The position numbers and the translations under genes are program-made. This document shows, in pieces, positions 58,812 through 64,000 of a DNA stretch of 64,000 nt; the first letter of the stretch is position 1, and the number at the start of each line of letters is the position of its first letter. The DNA is taken from assembly GCA_963663405.2 (NCBI GenBank), contig CAXXSM010000132.1:160001-224000 (forward strand), written 5' to 3'. The notes below the pieces were generated by a model, which was not told the origin of the DNA, made no database searches, and was given only the letters and a program-made list of their open reading frames with translations. This DNA is from a bacterium (GTDB lineage: Bacteria; Hinthialibacterota; Hinthialibacteria; Hinthialibacterales; Hinthialibacteraceae).

Positions 58812-59510
58812 ATGGTGGATTGCGCCGCGATTGTTTTGTTGAGTGGCGGCCTGGATTCGGCTACGGCGCTGGCTGTCGCTCAAGCGGAAGGTTTTACATG
58901 CGTCGCGCTCAGTTTCCGGTATGGGCAGCGGCATGAAATTGAATTGGAGGCTGCGCGCCGGGTCGCGGAGGCGTTTGGCGTGAGGGAGCATTGCGTCGTT
59001 TCACTCGATCTGCGTCAATTCGGACACTCCGCGTTGACCGATGAGATCGATGTTCCTAAAGGCCGGTCAATCGAGGTGATGGCGGATGAAATTCCGTTGA
59101 CGTATGTCCCCGCCCGGAATATCATTTTTCTCTCGTACGCGTTGGCTTTGGCGGAGACGCGAAACAGCCGGGATATCTTTATCGGTGTCAACGCGTTGGA
59201 TTATAGTGGTTACCCTGATTGCCGTCCCGCGTTTATTAAACAGTTCGAAGAGATGGCCCGCTTGGGGACAAAAACCGGCGTGGAAGGTGATCCGGTCCGG
59301 ATTCATACGCCGCTGATTTCGATGACGAAAGCGCAGATCATCCAACAAGGCGTGAAGTTGGGAGTTGATTATTCCCTGACTCACAGCTGCTACGATCCCG
59401 ATCCGCAGGGACGAGCCTGTGGGGCGTGTGACAGCTGTTTATTGCGAAAGAAAGGTTTTCATGAAGCTCAAATCCCCGATCCAACTCACTATGTTTCAAG
59501 GGAATCGTAA
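58812..59510 (+). CDS. queC: 7-cyano-7-deazaguanine synthase
   Basis: LSGGLDS, YGQRH, TYVPARN, GYPDCRP, SCY, CGACDSC. Confidence 0.97.
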   Translation: MVDCAAIVLLSGGLDSATALAVAQAEGFTCVALSFRYGQRHEIELEAARRVAEAFGVREHCVVSLDLRQFGHSALTDEIDVPKGRSIEVMADEIPLTYVPARNIIFLSYALALAETRNSRDIFIGVNALDYSGYPDCRPAFIKQFEEMARLGTKTGVEGDPVRIHTPLISMTKAQIIQQGVKLGVDYSLTHSCYDPDPQGRACGACDSCLLRKKGFHEAQIPDPTHYVSRES

Positions 59511-61281
59511 AAGCCGGATTGAGTCCTGTGTGTTCATGACGGTATTCGTGTTGCTGGCCGCTATTGCCTGTGGGCCGCCACCGCCCCCGAAAAAAACACA
59601 ACCCACCGCCACACCGGCCGCTGGAACCTCAACAAAAGCCGCGTACCGCGATACGGCCTATTTCCTTAACCGTATGGCGGACTTATCCAGTTTGGCCCGC
59701 GCCTGGCCTAACGAGAAAATAATCATGCGTTCCAGCCACGATCCCTCCGATCAGGGAGAAGATGAGAATATTTTCGATAAACCCTACGTGCTGGGAAATA
59801 CGCGCTGGAACGTCCTGCTGAATCAAAACGGGCCGGGCTGTGTGACTCGATTGTGGATTACCGAACATGCGGAAGGGCGTCTGCGTATCTATTTTGATGA
59901 GGATCCCTATCCCCGCATCGATACAACGATTTCAGAATTCTTTAGTGGAACCTATAAACATTTCAATCCTCTTCTTGTTTTGGCGCCGGAGGAATCCGGC
60001 GGTGGCCATGTCAGTTATTTTCCACTTCCTTTTGAGAAGCGGTGCTCAATTATTACCGATTCCACTTCACCCCACTTTGTATACCAAGTGAACTGCCGTC
60101 TTTTCGAAGGGGGAGATCCAATTCGATCCTACCAACCGGAATTGGATGAAGCGGCGAAAACGGCCCTGGAACGGGTTAATAATACGTACTCAACAGCCGC
60201 GTTAACCCGCGCTCAGACCCTACCAGTCTCCCGCGGCGAGTTAATCAATGAAATTCCCCCAAAGCAGTCTAAACTGGTCGCCAATTATATCGGACCCGGC
60301 GCGATCGATTATTTTGAGGTGAAGTTGCATACGGTAAACACCGATACGGTGGTTGGTTTACGTATAAAAATGTTCTGGGATGGTCTTGACGCTCCAACGG
60401 TCGATTGTACGATTCGGGAATTTTTCAGCACTTTTTATGAAGTAAAAAACTGGAATTCCATTTTCCTGGGTTATTATGGTCAGCAAACAACTTTCTACTC
60501 TCAATTTTATATGCCCTTTTTGGAGAAAGCGGAAATCTATTTAGAAAATACAACGGATAAGCCTATCAAGGCTCAATTCGGTTCGCATAAGGTATTTACG
60601 GATGTCCCAAAAGATCCATTGTATTTCTACGCGAAAGCAAATATGCGAACCTTGAATAATGGATTTATCTACCCGTTTTTCAACTATCAGGGAACCGGCA
60701 ATTTCATCGGGATGTCTATGTTTGCGGTTACTAATTTCGCTGGTGAACCGCTCATTCACCTAAAGGGAGATGAATATATCTACCAGGATGGAGAACATAA
60801 TCCCCAGTGGATGGGAACGGGAACCGATCATTTTTTCAACGGTGATAATTTGCTAAAAACCAACGCCCCCTTCTGGAATCCCACGCATGGATGTGTCGCA
60901 GTCGATCCAAAAATGAGAGGGGGATTGTTTTCTTGTTTCCGATTTCTTCTTTTAGATTCAATTCCATTCAACACCTCGCTTTCCATAATCAATGAGGTGG
61001 GAAGCCCCTATGAAATCGCCGTTCGAGAGACGCAGGAGAAGATCCCAGCTCATTACGAATGGACCTGCTATTGGTATGCGCGGCCGATCCGTACAGCCAT
61101 CCGCCGTGGAGAAGAAGTCTATCATTTCACCTGCTCTAAGAATCCGGAGGATAATCCAAACGTAAACGATCCGGTCATAATTGATAGTAAATTGATTATG
61201 CAAATACCTGAAAAACCTTTCTGGATTCACATGGCTCCAATCTGGGATATCACCCAGGTACAACATCAAGCCGTGAAATAG
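59491..61281 (+). CDS. DUF2961 (GH172-like) lipoprotein
   Basis: Lipobox AIAC, Pro/Thr linker, [30 protein letters not shown]; start uncertain (59491 or 59536). Confidence 0.75.
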   Translation: MFQGNRKSRIESCVFMTVFVLLAAIACGPPPPPKKTQPTATPAAGTSTKAAYRDTAYFLNRMADLSSLARAWPNEKIIMRSSHDPSDQGEDENIFDKPYVLGNTRWNVLLNQNGPGCVTRLWITEHAEGRLRIYFDEDPYPRIDTTISEFFSGTYKHFNPLLVLAPEESGGGHVSYFPLPFEKRCSIITDSTSPHFVYQVNCRLFEGGDPIRSYQPELDEAAKTALERVNNTYSTAALTRAQTLPVSRGELINEIPPKQSKLVANYIGPGAIDYFEVKLHTVNTDTVVGLRIKMFWDGLDAPTVDCTIREFFSTFYEVKNWNSIFLGYYGQQTTFYSQFYMPFLEKAEIYLENTTDKPIKAQFGSHKVFTDVPKDPLYFYAKANMRTLNNGFIYPFFNYQGTGNFIGMSMFAVTNFAGEPLIHLKGDEYIYQDGEHNPQWMGTGTDHFFNGDNLLKTNAPFWNPTHGCVAVDPKMRGGLFSCFRFLLLDSIPFNTSLSIINEVGSPYEIAVRETQEKIPAHYEWTCYWYARPIRTAIRRGEEVYHFTCSKNPEDNPNVNDPVIIDSKLIMQIPEKPFWIHMAPIWDITQVQHQAVK

Positions 61282-61414
61282 AGTCGATGAAACGGGAATA
61301 TTCGGATTCTTCTGTATGTTCTCACGATTATTGACGTTGACTGGCCTGCTTATTTCAAGCAATGCTTGAGCCGCATCGAATGGAGACTTGTTGTTCGTCG
61401 TTTTCGCAGGAAGG

Positions 61415-63076
61415 ATGGCTCTTCCTTTGTGGTTGAATAAGGTACCTCCCCAAATCCGTATACAGATTCTTATCACCGGAGCGTTTCTTCTTGTGGGCGT
61501 AGCGCTCGGTTCACTCTCTGTCTATTACCGGTTTTTTATTTTCACAGATGGGGCAGTCTATGCTACGTTGGGGAAAAACCTGGCGGAGAGAATTGGTCTC
61601 CGATACTGTGGCGCGCCCCATTTGTTTTACCCACCCGGTTATCCATTCGCTATTGCGGTTTTGTACTGGATCGTTCAAGACGCTGAACTCGCCGGTCACC
61701 TTGTATCTCTTCTGGCTTATCTAACCTCAATCCTTCTGATCTCCCGATTGGCTTGGAAACTTCATCCCTCAATTCTCTTCATGGCGCTGGCGACGGCGGT
61801 CGTCACATTTCATCCCCAATTTCGAACGTACGCCGGTGATGTTATGTCCGAATCGCTTTTTACCTGCGTAATTATCGCTTCAGCGCTCTTATGTTGGGAA
61901 CTCGCAAACAGAGACCATCCTCCCATTTGGCTTTGGATCGTGTGGGGGCTGCTTGGTGGTTTCGCGTATTTAATCCGGGCGGATGGAATCTTGTATTGGC
62001 CGTTACAAGCCGGATTTATTCTAGTGTATGGAAAAGGCGCCATTTCCCGCCACCTACTCTTTTGTGCGTTGAGTGGATTTGTTCTACTCCTCGCTATTGG
62101 TCCATATCTTCTATTGATCCACACACAGACGGGGAAATGGCAATTGTCGACAAAAACCGCGATCCTTCTGGAATTTGCGGAAATGAGAATGGAAGAGAGC
62201 GGTATGGAGAACGAAACCCGGCGCACATCGGCGCTCTCCAAGGATGGGCAGTCCTTCGAGATCGATCAAGCCGATGAAACGTTGACCGAGTTTATCATGG
62301 GGCGGCCCCGCGAGGCGGCGCGGCGTGTAACCCATAATGCGCTCTACTTGTTTCGCCGGCCGGGTATTTCATTCGGTTGGATCAATCTACCCGTTTTACT
62401 CTTTCTTTGTTGGCTATTAGGCCACCGAGTTGGATCTTCCAAAGCAGTGTTTCTTTATCTACATCTGCTTCCGATTGGACTCTTTCTTCTATTTTATATC
62501 GACACTCGGTTTCTGTTGGCTTTTATACCTTTTTTCGGTTTAGCCTACGCTCGAGCCGCCGAACCGGTTCTGTTTTGGATAGAGCGTTATTCCCGTGGGA
62601 ACCGCCGCTGGTTTCTCACCGCGGGGATTCTTGCCGTCGTTGGAATGGGAGTGTTTTTCCAAGAGAACCGTGTAGTATCTTTTGTCCAGCGTCTTCTACC
62701 GGTGGTTCAAGATCTACCTCTTGAACATAAGGAAATGGGATATTGGATGCGGAACCATCTAACCATCCAGCCAACAACCCGTATCAGTCATCGCAATCCT
62801 TGGGTGAGTTTTTACGCGGGCGCCTGCCATGTCCGCACGGCCTATACCAGTGATTTGAATCAGTTGCTAGACTGGCTTCGGTTGAATCAGGCGCAGTATT
62901 TAATCGTGGATGAAAGAATGACCGCTCATTATTATCCAGGATTGGCGTTCCTGCTTGATGAGGAAGAGGAACATCGGGGTCTGCGATTCATTCATGCCAT
63001 TGAAGGGGATAAACCGAAAATTGTTCTTTATGAAATCATCCCGGAGGATCAAGAATCCTCGCCGTCAGAGGGTTGA
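61415..63076 (+). CDS. GT-C (ArnT/PMT-like) membrane glycosyltransferase
   Basis: DGAVYATLG, YPPGYP, MSESLF, AYLIRADG, RFLL; many TMs. Confidence 0.8.
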   Translation: MALPLWLNKVPPQIRIQILITGAFLLVGVALGSLSVYYRFFIFTDGAVYATLGKNLAERIGLRYCGAPHLFYPPGYPFAIAVLYWIVQDAELAGHLVSLLAYLTSILLISRLAWKLHPSILFMALATAVVTFHPQFRTYAGDVMSESLFTCVIIASALLCWELANRDHPPIWLWIVWGLLGGFAYLIRADGILYWPLQAGFILVYGKGAISRHLLFCALSGFVLLLAIGPYLLLIHTQTGKWQLSTKTAILLEFAEMRMEESGMENETRRTSALSKDGQSFEIDQADETLTEFIMGRPREAARRVTHNALYLFRRPGISFGWINLPVLLFLCWLLGHRVGSSKAVFLYLHLLPIGLFLLFYIDTRFLLAFIPFFGLAYARAAEPVLFWIERYSRGNRRWFLTAGILAVVGMGVFFQENRVVSFVQRLLPVVQDLPLEHKEMGYWMRNHLTIQPTTRISHRNPWVSFYAGACHVRTAYTSDLNQLLDWLRLNQAQYLIVDERMTAHYYPGLAFLLDEEEEHRGLRFIHAIEGDKPKIVLYEIIPEDQESSPSEG

Positions 63077-63411
63077 TAAAACCGTTCAACCGCATCCTTA
63101 ACCGTATCAACTATTTCGATTACTTGATTGAGGTGAATGACTGAAAACGCGTGTTGGACCTGCCCGTCGACTCCGGCGCAGATGATTCGCCCTTTCAATT
63201 CCCGCACTTCGCGGAACGTTGTTATTAAAAAACCGATAAAAAATGAATCCACTAATGAGCATGCGGATAAATCAAAAATAATATCGTATTGTTGGTTAAG
63301 AAAAGCAACGGTTAATACTTGTCGTAAACGATCCAAAATCGCTTCCGTCAAATCAGGTTCCTCTATATGAATGACAAAACAATTCTCTATTTCTTCGTGC
63401 CAAATCGCCAT
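63049..63411 (-). CDS. STAS domain anti-sigma factor antagonist
   Basis: IIFDLS.C.LVDS..IG.L motif containing the phosphorylatable Ser. Confidence 0.8.
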   Translation of the reverse strand: MAIWHEEIENCFVIHIEEPDLTEAILDRLRQVLTVAFLNQQYDIIFDLSACSLVDSFFIGFLITTFREVRELKGRIICAGVDGQVQHAFSVIHLNQVIEIVDTVKDAVERFYQPSDGEDS

Positions 63412-63674
63412 TTTCTCTAGCTGTTCTGCGCTCAGGATGTGAAAAGAATGACTTCCGTCATCAATTAAAACGAATTTTAAAGGATGCGCTTAAAATAACT
63501 CTATCTGTTCATCATATCTCAGTCAATCCGAATCTTCAACTATTTCTTTCAATTTGATTTACAATCACACAACATGGAAACCTTTTTTAATCCTATTGGA
63601 GATTTGATTCGATCATTCAGCTTAAAAAAAGATATGGATTGAATTCCCTCTTCATGGAACCAGGAATACAGGGA

Positions 63675-64000
63675 TTATTGACCGGGTTGAAAATCAATAT
63701 AAAAAATATCGCCAAAACTCATGATTCCGTTACTGATATCGTATACGCTATCACTGGTCCATGGGATGGCGGACGCCTCCGCGTCCGGTCCAGAACTGCG
63801 GATGAAATACTGCGCCCGTTCCGCCAGGCTGCCACCTGTGAATCCCCAATAATCTCCGGCGTATTCACGGCCCACGTAATCATAGACTCCTTTCCTGGCG
63901 TGGCTCGAGGGATCGCTGTTTTGTTTCAAAAAGAAAGGATCCAAAGGGAGACTGTTGATGTACGTGATAGGAGTCGTCAAGCGGACTTGGCGCATATACC
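63675..64000 (-). CDS. Prepilin/GspG-like family protein, C-terminal part (5' end outside window)
   Basis: LTTPITY...DPF...SSGPD...YDISNGIMSFGDI, paralogous to 37545-38120. Confidence 0.75.
   Translation of the reverse strand, partial: YMRQVRLTTPITYINSLPLDPFFLKQNSDPSSHARKGVYDYVGREYAGDYWGFTGGSLAERAQYFIRSSGPDAEASAIPWTSDSVYDISNGIMSFGDIFYIDFQPGQ

Noticed and set aside
58812-59510. queC as part of a QatABCD or 7-deazaguanine DNA-modification defence system
   Set aside because: Canonical-length housekeeping QueC; no TatD, ATPase or dpd genes adjacent.

Overview
Bacterial chromosomal segment of mostly housekeeping, envelope and secreted-protein genes: phnWX, folP-cdaA-cdaR-pdxJ-rpe, ppiD, recA, a Gld-like ABC operon, queC, GT-C glycosyltransferases and glycoside hydrolase/lyase-like proteins. 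Small AT-rich accessory patches and many REP/MITE-like palindromes lie between them. The pilin-like family with an LTTP.AY motif and a C-terminal 'SVAAWELF' tail resemble proteins of candidate phyla such as Hinthialibacterota (OLB16) or Sumerlaeota; this assignment is inference only. No rRNA, tRNA, CRISPR array, integrase or transposase was recognised. The best candidate for an undescribed system is a compact AT-rich three-gene operon at 24244-26609. It has its own sigma70-like promoter and encodes an unknown helical protein, a soluble HExxH zinc-peptidase-like protein and an atypical dUTPase-fold dCTP deaminase, possibly a protease-gated nucleotide-depletion anti-phage module. Other leads: a small-ORF plus SDH/ClpP-fold protease pair, tandem secreted Cys/His 'DCAD' paralogs, a DUF2092-thioredoxin-pseudopilin fusion, a GPx-serine hydrolase fusion, adjacent pseudoenzymes (triad-less HtrA, GH172-like) and toxin-less antitoxins. 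A frameshift-dense zone at 30.3-34.4 kb may reflect gene decay or consensus error. All family calls come from motif recognition by eye, not database searches.
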